A DNA stretch of 64,000 bases from Octopus vulgaris (taxonomy: Eukaryota): positions 129,022,001 to 129,086,000 of the forward strand of contig OX597819.1 in NCBI GenBank assembly GCA_951406725.2, given 5' to 3'. The notes beneath the pieces are model-generated. The model was given only the letters and a program-made list of their open reading frames with translations. It ran no database searches and was not told the DNA's origin. Both the position numbers and the translations under genes were made by a program. This document shows positions 38,023 through 49,911 of the stretch, piece by piece; positions within the stretch are counted from its first letter, which is position 1; each line of letters begins with the position of its first letter.

Positions 38023-38873
38023 AAGGCGGTAAGCTGGCAGAAACGTTAGCACGCCGGGCGAAATGCGTAGCCGTATTTCGTCTGCCGCTACGTTCTGAGT
38101 TCAAATTTCGCCGAGGTCGACTTTGCCTTTCATCCTTTCGGGGTCGATAAATTAAGTACCAGTTACGCACTAGGGTCGATGTAATCGACTTAATACCTAT
38201 GTCTGTCCATGTTTGTCCCCTCTGTGTTTAACCCATTGTGGGTAGTAAAGAAATAGGTACATGATGGCTGGAAGGCGGTGAGCTGGCAGAATCATTAGCA
38301 CGCCGGGCGAAATGCTCAGCAGTTTTTCGTCTGTCGCTACGTTCTGAGTTCAAATTCCGCCGAGGTCGACTTTGCCTTTCATCCTTTCGGGGTCGATTAA
38401 ATAAGTACCAGTTACGCACTGAGGTCGATATAATCAACTTAATGTGTTTGTCTGTCCTTGTTTATCCTCTCTGTGTTTAGCCCCTTATGGGTAGTAAAGA
38501 AATAGGTATTTCGTCTGCCGCTACGTTCTGAGTTCAAATGACGCCGAGGTCGACTTTGCCTTTCATCATTTCGGGGTCGATTAAATAAATACCAGTTACG
38601 CACTGAGGTCGATATAATCAACTTAATGTGTTTGTCTGTCCTTGTTTATCCTCTCTGTGTTTAGCCCCTTGTGGGTAGTAAAGAAATAGGTATTTCGTCT
38701 GCCGCTACGTTCTGAGTTCAAATTCCGCCGAGGTCGACTTTGCCTTTCATCCTTTCGGGGTCGATTAAATAAATACCAGTTACGCACTGGTGTCGATATA
38801 ATCGACTTAATCTGTTTCTCTGTCCTTGTTTATCATCTCTGTGTTTATCCCCTTCTGGGTAGTAAAGAAATAG
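38023..38873 (+). mobile_element. SINE family B array: two full copies and two headless 184-bp copies
   Basis: Units 38023-38256, 38272-38505, 38506-38689, 38690-38873. Confidence 0.9.
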
Positions 38874-39074
38874 GTATGTGATGGTTGGTGTCTGTTGGAT
38901 TGCGATGACACACATATACATGCATGTATACATACATTATACTTATATATGACATTATATCATATTATATTATATGTACATACTATCACTATGGAAACAG
39001 AATTTTACAGGAGACCTGAAACATATTTTGGGAGTAAAAGGTTCAGCTGAAGAAAATAATATAACTATAGAGAA

Positions 39075-39124
<50 letters not shown>

Positions 39125-39642
39125 GATTTTTTTATCCCCCTCGTGGATTCCGGTTTCAGGGTTTTCTCATCATATATAAAAACAGACCCAAAATTACATT
39201 CATAACTCACGACAGAGAGTAAAATTTGGGAACTGAAAGAAAAAAAGTATCGAATTTAACCTAAAATGGGATATAATAAGAAAGGCACAGCCTTATAAAA
39301 ATAGTAGAGATGGATGTGAACTTTGTTCTATGGAGACATGTGAAATTTTAAAACATGGGAATAATAATACAAACTTATTGAATAACCGTTCCGAACTGGG
39401 AACTATCTTGTATAAATTGTGCTACCCGTACGTTTAAATATTTTAAATAATAACTTTCTGACCATTCCTAAATTTTCAAATCCTAATATCTTATAACCAA
39501 ATGAAAATTAATATACCATTCTAGCTTTTATTCAACCTGCATAGATTACTAAGAAATTTCATTATATATATAAATCTGAATATATGAAATTAGAATATTT
39601 TTTCTTTTTTTTTTTTATACTCTCCTATATTGGAAAGAAAAA

Positions 39643-40128
39643 AATTCTATATATCTAGGGAAATTACTTGGTTCATCTTGATTACCTCCCTTCCATTACT
39701 TTTTAATATATCTTACTGACTCCTGATATATTTACTTAATTGATAAAGCTTTTTCTCCACAGTTAGTAAATATTATGTCTAACATATTCTTTAAATTCGA
39801 CTCATTAATAAAACAAATCGCCATTTACTAGCTAATTATGATTCTATATTTATGGAAATGGGAATATATAAATATGAAATAATCGCAAATAATTCTATAT
39901 ATCTAGAGAAATTACTTGGTTCATCTTGATTACCTCCCTTCAATTACTTTTTAATATATCTTATTGACTCCTGATATATGTACTAAATTAATGTTTTTTC
40001 CACGGTTAGTAAATATTATGTCTAACATTTTCTTTTAATTCAACTCATTAAAATAATCACCACTTACTAGCTAATTATGATTATATATTAATGGAAATGG
40101 ATATATATTCATATAAATATGAAATAAT
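39643..40128. repeat. Tandem duplication with 248-bp period
   Basis: AATTCTATATATCTAG...AATTACTTGGTTCATCTTGATTACCTCCCTT starts at 39643 and 39891. Confidence 0.9.
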
Positions 40129-40637
40129 TTCTATATTTTTTATCCCTATATAAGATACTAATGTTTATTGAAATCATTTAGAAAATTGTCTAAAGGATAT
40201 TTACTTAATTTCTTAATATAGAATCTGAATGTCAAATGGTAAGGGACATTAAAACCTCTTGAGCACTAGTAATCTATGTTCCCCTACCCTTCTAACCTCA
40301 ACATACTAGCTTTTTGCTATAGTGCATTCAAATGTATCTAGGCTGGGTTCCTCAAAATGGGAATAGGTTTATGGTTTTGACATTTGTTCTACCCCTTCCT
40401 ATATCTATAAATAGAATAAATTCTTTGTCTCCATCCAACCAAAAATAAAATCCTCCTCCCCACTGACAGATATAAATAACAAAAGGAAAAATCTACAGAC
40501 AGAGAGTAAATTTACTACTATCATGTTCTTAAGAATGAAATCAACCTCCCTGTCTATATATCTACCCTCTTTATAATGTTGGCAAACGAAATAGAGATAA
40601 AAATGTGCATTGTCCATTTGATTGGAAAATTTCTATA

Positions 40638-40725
40638 AGTGGCTGAAGATTGCTCGACATTTTAAAACTGATGTAATACTTACAGGTTTTAATAAAATGA
40701 AGTAGCATGAAACAATTGTACCACT
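40638..40725 (+). ncRNA. Type I hammerhead ribozyme with long stem II
   Basis: AGTGG-CTGAAGA-T-TGCT...AGCA-T-GAAA-CAATTG-TA-CCACT; palindromic ACAATTGT, GUA site after 40720. Confidence 0.8.
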
Positions 40726-40771
40726 CTACCTCGGATATACTTGTTGCTTATTTTGATTATATATATATATA

Positions 40772-40980
40772 CGGAGAAAAGTACATCATATAGATCACTA
40801 GCCACTACACATTCTTTATTTTCTCTCCTTGTTTCTTTCTGCATCCCTTTCTGTGGAAGAGCATAGGCTCGAAATGTTAAAGACTTTTTCACTTCCCGAA
40901 CGTTAAACTAATACATTTGTTTGTTGTCTACACCACATGTCTTCGACTTTTGTTTTTTTTTTTTTTTGTGAATTCTCCCT

Positions 40981-40981
<1 letters not shown>
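40772..40981 (+). mobile_element. ~200-bp element with variant HHR (40847-40882)
   Basis: CTTT-CTGTGGA-A-GAGC(atag)GCTC-GAAAT-GTT-AAAG. Confidence 0.75.
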
Positions 40982-41026
<45 letters not shown>

Positions 41027-41149
41027 GCATGCATACATACATACATGCATAATACATACATACATACATACATACATACATACATACATACATGCACGTA
41101 CACGTTAACAATTAAAAATACAATGAGCTATTATTATAAGTATTGCATC

Positions 41150-41975
41150 CATAATTAATCGTCTATTTTTTGTGGAGAATTCGGCAGTGTACAAATATAC
41201 AAATGTGTTGGCCACTGTTATTTTCTTATCTAGTTTTGCTTTCTTGTGAGCGCCGTTTATTGCAATTGCTCCTGGTTGTAAATAAATTCACGGTCAGCTA
41301 GCGGGAGAGTATTGCACTTTATCGTCAATATAATAGACGAAATTACTTTGTTTACAACTTTCACATTCGTAATCGAATTAATAAACCACACTAATCACTA
41401 GTAGCTTATTTCTGGGTTTACTTGCATGTGGTCTGTAATTGATAAGATAAATTTTAATTTGTTTTTCTAATATATCGTGTTAGTTTTTGATATGGCTTAA
41501 TGCATCTTGTTTTCTGTTTTATGAGGCGTTTATAATGGGTTAATCTGCTCTATTGTTGGCGTACATTTGATTCTTACTCTACACTTTATGTGCAGCTGCT
41601 GTAGTTTTAATAGGTGTTTTGTCTGATGTAATTATCGCGTCGAATTTCTGACTGCATTGTTCCTTGGCCTGGCTTATCAGTTTGTTAAAATACTCGCTGA
41701 CTGATGTAATTACCGTATTTCTTTCATTGTTCTACGGTTTGGTTTATCATTTTGTTAAAATACTCGTTAATTAAGTTTTGTTCTGTTCAGTGGATTTCAC
41801 TGAGTAGAATCTCGATTGTCTCTACAGATTTTATTAATGTCACTTTGTATCTTCCTTGACATTCACTGTCTTCATGTGAATTTAGGAAGTTATTCGTGTC
41901 TTTGGTGTTCACAATGCATTTGTTATTTCTTTTGTAATTGTTTATGTCTTTGGTAATGGAGTTTTTGTATTGCAA
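41150..41975 (-). pseudogene. Heavily decayed PLE thumb/GIY-YIG region
   Basis: Minus strand SVVY*FDYECESCKQSNFVYYID at ~41325-41395 resembles VVY-x-CxxC-YIG; begins at (TA)n. Confidence 0.45.
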
Positions 41976-41977
41976 AG

Positions 41978-42037
<60 letters not shown>

Positions 42038-42038
<1 letters not shown>

Positions 42039-42470
42039 TTTCAACAATTGAGGGTAAAATTAATTAATTATTAATCAATTTCACCAAGTATTCAGTATGC
42101 AAAGGGACCATTTAAGGCGAATTCAAATTATTACATTATATAAAAGGGCTTAGTAAAATAAATTACTTTGCCGCATACTGAACTCATTAGAAATAGTAGC
42201 TAAAAAAACTTTTTTAAAACTATTTCTAATACTTAAAGAAAACCTCTCTCATATAGTGCTTGCTCAATTCAACTCACGAAAGTATGGGGGCATTTGATTT
42301 TTTAATGTCTTTACCCCCATACTTTCGTGAGTTGAATTGAGCAAGCACTATATGAGAGAGGTTTTCTTTTAAGTATTAGAAATAGTTTTAAAAAAGTTTT
42401 TTTAGCTACTATTTCTAATGAGTTCAGTATGCGGCAAAGTAATTTATTTTACTAAGCCCTTTTATATAAT
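42038..42470 (-). mobile_element. (TA)n-anchored fold-back element with a near-perfect 156-bp hairpin
   Basis: Arms 42135-42290 and 42314-42470 differ by one indel in my reading; 23-nt loop. Confidence 0.8.
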
Positions 42471-42496
42471 ATATAAATCCAGTATATATATATGAT

Positions 42497-42683
42497 AGAT
42501 CGTTAGCCACTACACACATTTTTTTCTCCCCTTGTTTCTCCCCTTGTTTTTTCTGTGTTCCTTTCTGTAGAAGAGCGTAGGCTCGAAAAGTAAAAGACAT
42601 TTTCTATTCCTGGGCGTTGTACTAATACATCTGTTTGTTTTGTACACCAACTGTCTTCGTCTTTTGTTTTTTATCGTAAATTC

Positions 42684-42688
<5 letters not shown>
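42497..42688 (+). mobile_element. ~190-bp element with variant HHR (42561-42596)
   Basis: CTTT-CTGTAGA-A-GAGC(gtag)GCTC-GAAAA-GTA-AAAG; flanked by (TA)n. Confidence 0.75.
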
Positions 42689-42731
<43 letters not shown>

Positions 42732-43055
42732 GTTCTGGATGTTGATCCGTTTTGTTTCTTATTTCACTTTATGAGCGCTTGGTACTTATTTGTAATTTAA
42801 AGTGAACAAACTCTAAACTGAAATGTGTCTGTCCATCACTCCTTCTAATACAACGTCCATCCCAACACGATATAAAACATATGTCAACAACTTATAACTA
42901 AACAACCAATTAATCAGTTGATAGGGTTTTCTGTTGCGATTTATTTGTAATAGTTAGGAATTGAATGTGTGTGAATGCGTGTGTGCATGCGTGTGTATAT
43001 GTGTGTAAATACAAAGACATACGCATATATAAATACAAAGACATACACACACATA

Positions 43056-43217
43056 GGCGCAGGAGTGGCTGTGTGGTAAGTAGCTTGCTAACCAACCACA
43101 TGGTTCCGGGTTCAGTCCCACTGCGTGGCACCTTGGGAAAGTATCTTCTACTATAGCCTCGGGCCGACCAAAGCCTTGTGAGTGGATTTGGTAGACGGAA
43201 ACTGAAAGAAGCATGTC

Positions 43218-43301
<84 letters not shown>

Positions 43302-43507
43302 TTGTGTGTCTGTGTTTGTCCCCCTAGCATTGCTTGACAACCGATGGTGGTGTGTTTATGTCCCCGTCACTTAGCGGTTCGGCCAAAAAAGAGACCGATA
43401 GAATGAGTACTGGGCTTACAAAGAATAAGTCCCGGGGTCGAGCTGCTCGATTAAAGGCGGTGCTCCAGCATGGCTGCAGTCAAAAAGAGTAAAAAAGAGT
43501 AAAGAGT
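43056..43507 (+). mobile_element. SINE family A, full length and uninterrupted
   Basis: Head, internal (TA)n(TG)n, and tail ending (AAAGAGT)n. Confidence 0.92.
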
Positions 43508-43641
43508 ATATATATCTACATATGCATACGTCCCCGTACATTCACCCCTTTCCATACACACGTATTGAAAAAGTAAAAAGAAATGTGCTTAGTGATCTTT
43601 ATCATGGAAACCTTAAAGACAATATGTACAATATTAACAAA

Positions 43642-43686
43642 ACAGCTACCGGTTTCGGTCGCTTTAATACAACCTCTTCATGCTAC
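43642..43686 (-). ncRNA. Hammerhead ribozyme remnant (C3>A) in the Penelope 3' pLTR
   Basis: Minus strand GTAGC-ATGAAGA-GGTTG(tattaaag)CGACC-GAAA-CCGG-TA-GCTGT. Confidence 0.7.
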
Positions 43687-43993
43687 AAAGTAAATTAAAG
43701 TAAACTTTCAAAGTAAATTAAAGTAAACTTTCACAATATCGGTTCTTGAAGTTCACACGTTTTCTCTGTATTTCGTTTCCTTCTCAATGTTGCTAGCTAA
43801 TGTTGCTACCACAAGATTGTTGGTGGTTGGAGGAGGAAGAGAAGTAGAGGTAACTATTGTTCCCAATAGCTTATAGCAGTCTTCCATCTAACTAGTAGTA
43901 ACAGTATTGGTTTATAGCAGCTGTCAATCTATAACCTAGCAGTCATCGTGATAGCCCAGTTGCAGTATTGTTGATGATGGTTGATAACTCGCA

Positions 43994-44249
43994 GTGGAGG
44001 CGCGTGGCTTAGTGGTTAGGGTGTCAACATCATGATCGTAAGATTGTGGTTTCGATTCCTGGACCGGGAGACGCGTTGTGTTCTTGAGCAAAACACTTCA
44101 TTTTACGTTGCTCCAGTCCACTCAGATGGCAAAAATGAGTAACGCTGCGATGGACTGGCATCCCGTCCAGCTGGGGAACACATACGCCATTGAAACCGGG
44201 AAACCGGGCACATGAGCCTGGCTAGGCTTTAAAAGGGCGCATTTATTTT
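43994..44249 (+). mobile_element. SINE family D (tRNA head plus CORE-like domain)
   Basis: TGGCTTAGTGG A box, TTCGATTCC B box, GTTGTGTTCTTGAGCAAAACACTT...GCTCCAGTCCACTCAG. Confidence 0.85.
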
Positions 44250-44250
44250 A

Positions 44251-44553
44251 GTGGAGGCACATGACCTTGTGGTCAGAGCAGCGGACTCGCGGTCGAGGGA
44301 TCGCGAGTTCGAATCTCAGACCGGGCGATGTGTGTGTTTATGAGCGAAACATCTAAGCTCCACGCGGCTCCGGCAGAAGGTAATGGCGAAACTTCTGCTG
44401 ACTCTTTCGCCACAACTTTCCCGCACTCTTTCTTCCTGCCTCTTGCAGCTCACTTGTGACGGACCGGTGTCCCGTCCAGGTGGGGAACCTATATGCCAAG
44501 GAAACCGGAAAACCGGCCCTTATGAGCCAGGCATGGCTCGAGAAAGAACAAAC
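44251..44553 (+). mobile_element. Chimeric SINE: family C head and body with a family D-like 3' module
   Basis: GGACTCGCGGTCG...TGAGCGAAACATCTAAGCTCCACG as in family C; TCCCGTCCAG..GGGGAAC...GAAACCGG tail as in family D. Confidence 0.8.
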
Positions 44554-46009
44554 ATAACGTTGATAGCTCCCGTTCCTCTGCCACAGAGATTTAGGTGTAG
44601 TTGGTATTTTGTTATGAAGGATATTTCTTTGTTGACACAACGGCGTTGCGTCGTATCATCAGCAAATTTATAGAGACGGAAAATCGTAAAGTTTTGTTGC
44701 TTCTCATCTGCACATGTGTCTCTATGTTCACCGAGTCCTATTTGTTTGTATTCCCGTTCTTTAATTTGCGATCTATGCAGGATTATGCGTTGACTTAGAG
44801 CGTTTTTCTTCTTTTGCTCTTTATAATAGTATGTGTTTGCAGGATTTGGTTCAACCCGTGGTCCTTTTTACAGTGATGGAATATTATGTGATGCGATGTT
44901 GTAGGTTTCATTGTTTTGGAAGTTGAGAGTGGAGATGTGTGGTAGATTTATTTCTTTGTTTTGTTTGTCTGAGTTCCTGGATACTGAATTTTTAGGCTCG
45001 TTTAATTATCGATTAATGATAGCGGATAATTTCTGCCAAAGGTCTTATGGGTGTTTGTATCCGGTACTATTGTACAAATCCTTTTGGCTAGGTAATAAGG
45101 GACATCATTTTGGTGTCTTGCACAGCATGAACTGAATGGAAGATATTGTTTGGAGTCCATAGGCTTATAGTAAGTGTCTGTCTTTATTTGTCTGTTGACT
45201 TTTTTTTAAAAGAGTGTCTAAAAATGGGAGTTGTTTATGGCTATATTCCATTGGAAAATGAATATTTTCATTAACTCCATTGTGCAGTGTTTCAAATTCT
45301 TTTAGTTTCTCTGTTTTTTTCATTCCAGAGAATGAAACAACCGTCGAGGGAACTTTTCCATTTTTCTTGTATGTTATGAATATTTTTCTTGTATAATTAT
45401 CCAGCCAGAATTTAATGGCTTGAATTCCTAAGTTGTGAGGATTGGTTGAATAGAAATTCACTACATCGAAAGATATTCTCAGTTTTTTTCGTTTGACTAT
45501 TTTCAATAGGTGACTGAGTATATCTAAGTCATGTCTTATGAAGCTTCTGAAGTGCTTGAGAAATGGTTTAAGCAAGATATCTAAAACAACATTGCTTTGG
45601 CGATGGGTTTCGCATGTAGGACCGGATATTTTTGGTTTTAAATTCTGAAAATTTGGTGGAGGAACATTGATGTGTATGGCGGTGGCTTGTTTGTGAACTT
45701 TTGGTTACCGAATTTGGTAATGTAGTCGTGTTCCTTGTTGGTGAGTCGTTTTTAATATTAGTTCATTAATATTCTAAGGTTTCTCATTATTTTTGTTGCC
45801 TAGTTTTGGGCTTTTTCATAGAATGCACTATCTGCTAATATGGATAACACAAGATTTTCATAATATTTTGTTTCCTTTATTGGCCTGTTTAATTATTATT
45901 TTTTTATCATCTTTAAACTTAGATCATCCCTTTCACTCTTCCTGAAGTTTGCTTTGTCTTTATGTGCGTGTGTTGATATGAATAATTCAAAATATATTCA
46001 CATAAATTA

Positions 46010-48193
46010 CACAATGTAACACATGTTTTGTTTATTTGTACTTTATAATGTTCAGATATCCATTTTTGCCACTAAATTCAAAAATCACATTCGTTTTGAC
46101 GTAACATCGATAGTTATTTATTTATTCCTAATTTCATATTTGCTTGTTATATTTGTGACTTTTCTCTGCAGCACTTAGTTGGTTCAATCTATTCTAGTAT
46201 TGTAAGGATAATTACACAACATTTAGTACTTTTTCATATATTGAAAGGTATGTAGGAAATATAATATTAGTTAGAGTAAAAAGAAACAATAAAACTCTGC
46301 ACTGTAAATGCCTTGATAACTCTTTTCTTAAGATGAGAAGTGCTTTGACGATCGAGATTTTCTAGAGGGTATACCTTCATCTCTTCTAACTAGAGACCAT
46401 ATATAATCTCCCATCATAGCAGTATCCCATCGTCCTTGGTATCTTCTTTCCATAGTTGCGATGTCCTGATGAAATCTTTCACCATGCTTCTCACTGACAT
46501 CACCCAAGTTTTTTGGGAAAAAAATCTAGGTGAGAGTGCAAAAAATGAACCCTTAAGGACATATGACAACCCATTTTCTTGAAGTTTTCAATAAGCTTTG
46601 CTACCAGCTGTTTGTAATTAGGATCCTTGTGATTTCCTAGAAATCCACGAACTACATCACGAAATGCACACCAAGCTTCTTTTTCAACTTTTATCATCGC
46701 TCTTTCCAGTTTCTTCGACTTTAACAATGCATTTACTTGGGGCCCAACAAATATGTCACCCTTGATCTTAGCCTCAGATAGCTTTGGAAACATAAGACAA
46801 ATTTCATGAAAAGCTTCTCCTCTAAACTCTAAGGCCTTCAGAAACTGTTTTACCAATCCGAGTTTGATATGAAGTTGGGGTAATAAGATTTTGTTGGAAT
46901 CTGAGAACATTTAACATTCCTGGGTGCAGTTTCACTCCTGGGGGCCAATGTACTCTCTTGTAATGATCATCATCAGCTCTGCTGTCCCATAAGCAAAGGA
47001 AACATGAATACTTTGCGTATCCCCTTTGCAAGCCAAGCAAGAAGGCAAGCATTTTGAAATCACCACAAATATCCCACTTGAACTCAGCGTAATTTATTTT
47101 GTTGAGAAGTTCTTTGACATTATCGTAATATTCTTTCTTTTGTATGGAGTGTGCAAGATGCAAAGAAGGATATTTATTTCCATTGTGGAGCAACATTACT
47201 TTGAGACTTCGTGTTGAGCTATCTATGAACAGCACCATTCTGCAGAGTCATGCTCGAGTCCAATAGCAGTAAACAAACAAATCACATCTTTACAATAACA
47301 CAGATCATTAATATTTTCATAGTAAATTTCAAATTATTCATGGTGTTTGCGGTACACAGATGTCTTGCAGCCTTCCCCAGTAGATTCCATTCCTTCAACC
47401 TTGATGAAAGAAGTTCAGCTCCTGACTTAGTAAGACCCAGATCCCTGATTGAATCATCTTGCTCACTCTGATTTGGAAAGTGAGGCTCCGAAGTCGTTCT
47501 TGGTACGAAAGCTTCCTCCATTTCTTGGCTGCTGCTACTTGTTGACTCTTCAGATGAAATATTTTCTGGTGGTAGTGATACTCATAAACTGTCATCATGT
47601 GGGACAGGTGCTCTAGATGATGGTATGTCTGGATACTGAAGAGCTTTTCTTCCTTTCACTTTTCTGTACTTTGTCACATCGATCATACAAAAGTAACAGT
47701 CATCGTGATTGTTCTTTGGCTCTCTCCATACCCTTGGAATGGCAAAAGGCATTGACCTTCCTGTACCTCTTAACCATCCTTCTAGAGCAGATCGACAGCT
47801 TCCACATATCACATGTGGAGCCCATAGTTTGTCCTGGTCTCCGATGGGCATTCCGAAATAGAGTCTGTACGCTATCCACAATTTGGCACCTTTCACGATC
47901 TTATGTAATACCTGCTTTTTTTCCAATAATAACCACACACATGTATCTGGATAATTTTTACATACTCTAGTAGCGATCCTGAAAGGAGCACAACTTTGTA
48001 ATTGGTCTGAAAAAGAAAATTAAACATACATTTAGTAGCGAAACATTATAAAACTACCGAATATATAACATTGAAAGTCGACATATTTTTTTAACTGTTG
48101 ATGATACGCAAAAAAATAATTTCATTTTTGGAATCAGCAGAAAAAGTGGATTGATAAACAATAAAAATTTTTTTTGAAAATTGTTACGTAGTG
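46010..48193 (-). mobile_element. Chapaev3-type (CMC superfamily) DNA transposon, 2184 bp, both ends present
   Basis: TTA|CACAATGTAACA ... TGTTACGTAGTG|TTA: CAC/GTG termini, 12-bp imperfect TIR, 3-bp TTA TSD. Confidence 0.85.
46328..47978 (-). pseudogene. Frameshifted Chapaev-type DDE transposase
   Basis: GDQDKLWAPHVICGSC...W...HDDCYFC zinc finger, FIDSS, CGDFKM, CFLCLWDSR, LHIKLGLVKQF, VHFLHSHLDFFP, VSEKHGERFHQDI...RYQGRW; split over at least five frames. Confidence 0.88.
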
Positions 48194-49054
48194 TTATCAT
48201 GGGTTTTGTTTTTATCTCTTGGTGGATTGTAGTCGTTGTTGTTTCTTACTATCGAATCGTCCTCGTAGTTGTTGTCGTTCAATTCTTCGGTGAATTTCCA
48301 TCTTCTAAAGAATTCAGAAACGTCTCACATTTCGTTATAGTTGCGTCGTTGAGGACTTGGTGTAAATTTGAGTCCTTTAGAGAGTATACTAACTTGTGTT
48401 GTTAATTCATTGTTAGACAAATTAATGATTTTAATTATTTTTGACCTGTCTTGAATGTATGTTGCCGCTAGGTGTCACTGTTCCTGTGGACAGTGTCTGG
48501 AAAACAATGTCTGGAAAACAGCCTGAAAAAGTAATCAAGTTTGTTGATAATGATAATGTGTCTCCTGTTGCTGTAATTAATAGCGTGAGTTTGTGGTAAA
48601 GTGTTGCTCGGTGATTCACCGAATTTTATATTCCATTAATATCTCTCTGTGTGTATGTGTGTGTGTGTATGTGTGTGTGTACGTGTGTGTGTCCGTGCGT
48701 GATTGTTGTGTCTGCATTTATGTCTGTGTGTGTCTGTGTCTATGTCTGTATGTGTACAATAATTGAGTATTCGCTTACAAAATGTTTTAACTATTACATA
48801 AAAAAATTATATGATCTTCAGTTTATGTAATTTATGACGCAGTAACAAAAATAATTTTGCAACTGAATCGCCAGTTTTATTCTGATCTTGGATACACACT
48901 CAGGAATCGGTTCAAATGTATGTAATACCAAAACTAAGTTCGGAGAGCAAACCATGTTTGATACCTGACTGAAAGTTGAATAAACATGGATTTACATGGG
49001 TTTCTAAGCAAACATTGACTGTTACGCTATTTCGTTAACTGTTATATATGTATA

Positions 49055-49438
49055 CTAGCAGTATCGCCCGGCGTTGCTCGGGTTTGTAAGGGAAATAACT
49101 ATATAAGCATTTTTAGAGAGTTATAGCCAAAAATAGCAAAGAAATGGGAAAAAATGATGGTAATTTTTTTTTAAATCGTTGACTCATCGTAGACATTTTT
49201 AGAGAGTTACTTCCCTTATATAATAGCGAAAAAATGCATTAAAATGGAAAAAAAATGGTGGTAATTTTTTTTTTAAATCGTAGACTCATCGTAGACGCGC
49301 GCTAATACCCAGAAGGATATATGAATCACGACTATAAGATACCCGGTTTTGGTTAAACTGCACAGCAAAATGTGGGAGTAGTTAGGAATCTAAATCGTAG
49401 GAGACAGACACCACACAACTTCAGTTTTATATATAAAG

Positions 49439-49439
<1 letters not shown>
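49055..49439 (-). mobile_element. Non-autonomous Helitron, subtype B (two internal units)
   Basis: A|CTAG...hairpin...GA|T on the plus strand. Confidence 0.9.
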
Positions 49440-49497
<58 letters not shown>

Positions 49498-49746
49498 GTA
49501 TTTCATTTCATAAATACAATTATAAGAGCAACGACTGAGTAATGCCACATGCTAGAAGAAGATGCCAAATGGCTCTAAAACTACCTTATTTATCACATAG
49601 ATACGGGCTGAAAACGAGGGAATGAACACTATATATGTATATGTATATGTGTATGTGCATATATATATATATGTATATATATATATGTATATGTATATGT
49701 GTATGTGCATATATATATATACATATATATATACATATACATACAG

Positions 49747-49785
<39 letters not shown>

Positions 49786-49911
49786 CATACATACATACAT
49801 ACATACATACATACATACATACATACATACATACATACATACATACATACATGCGTTGTCTTCGACGAAAGAGGCCATCGTTATCATCATCATCATCATC
49901 ATCATTATTAT

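Larger units (their letters stand above)
39210..40760 (+). mobile_element. Naiad/Chlamys-type PLE 3' fragment: endonuclease C-terminus, AT-rich 3' UTR and pLTR with HHR
   Basis: 39218-39450 translates (with frameshifts) KIWELKE..IEFNLKWDIIRKAQPY....GCELCSMETCEI...LLNNRSEL, the CxLC-containing GIY-YIG tail of this clade. Confidence 0.75.
43510..48640 (-). mobile_element. Decayed near-full-length Penelope-like element, host of nested insertions
   Basis: N-terminal IINLSNNELT..SILSKGLKFTPSP (~48350-48430), IIIKQANKG (~45875-45905), RT SFDVVNFYSTNPH and IHFPMEYSHKQLPFLD (45165-45575), EN tail LSQRIILHRSQIK...EISFITKYQLHLN (~44590-44800), HHR remnant near the 3' end. Confidence 0.85.

Noticed and set aside
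38023-38873. CRISPR-like regular array
   Set aside because: Units are 184-234 bp SINE copies with no unique spacers or cas genes; eukaryotic context
43994-44070. Possible tRNA genes at SINE heads (also 12895-12968 and 54875-54950)
   Set aside because: A and B boxes are present but run directly into SINE bodies, and I could not build an intact cloverleaf
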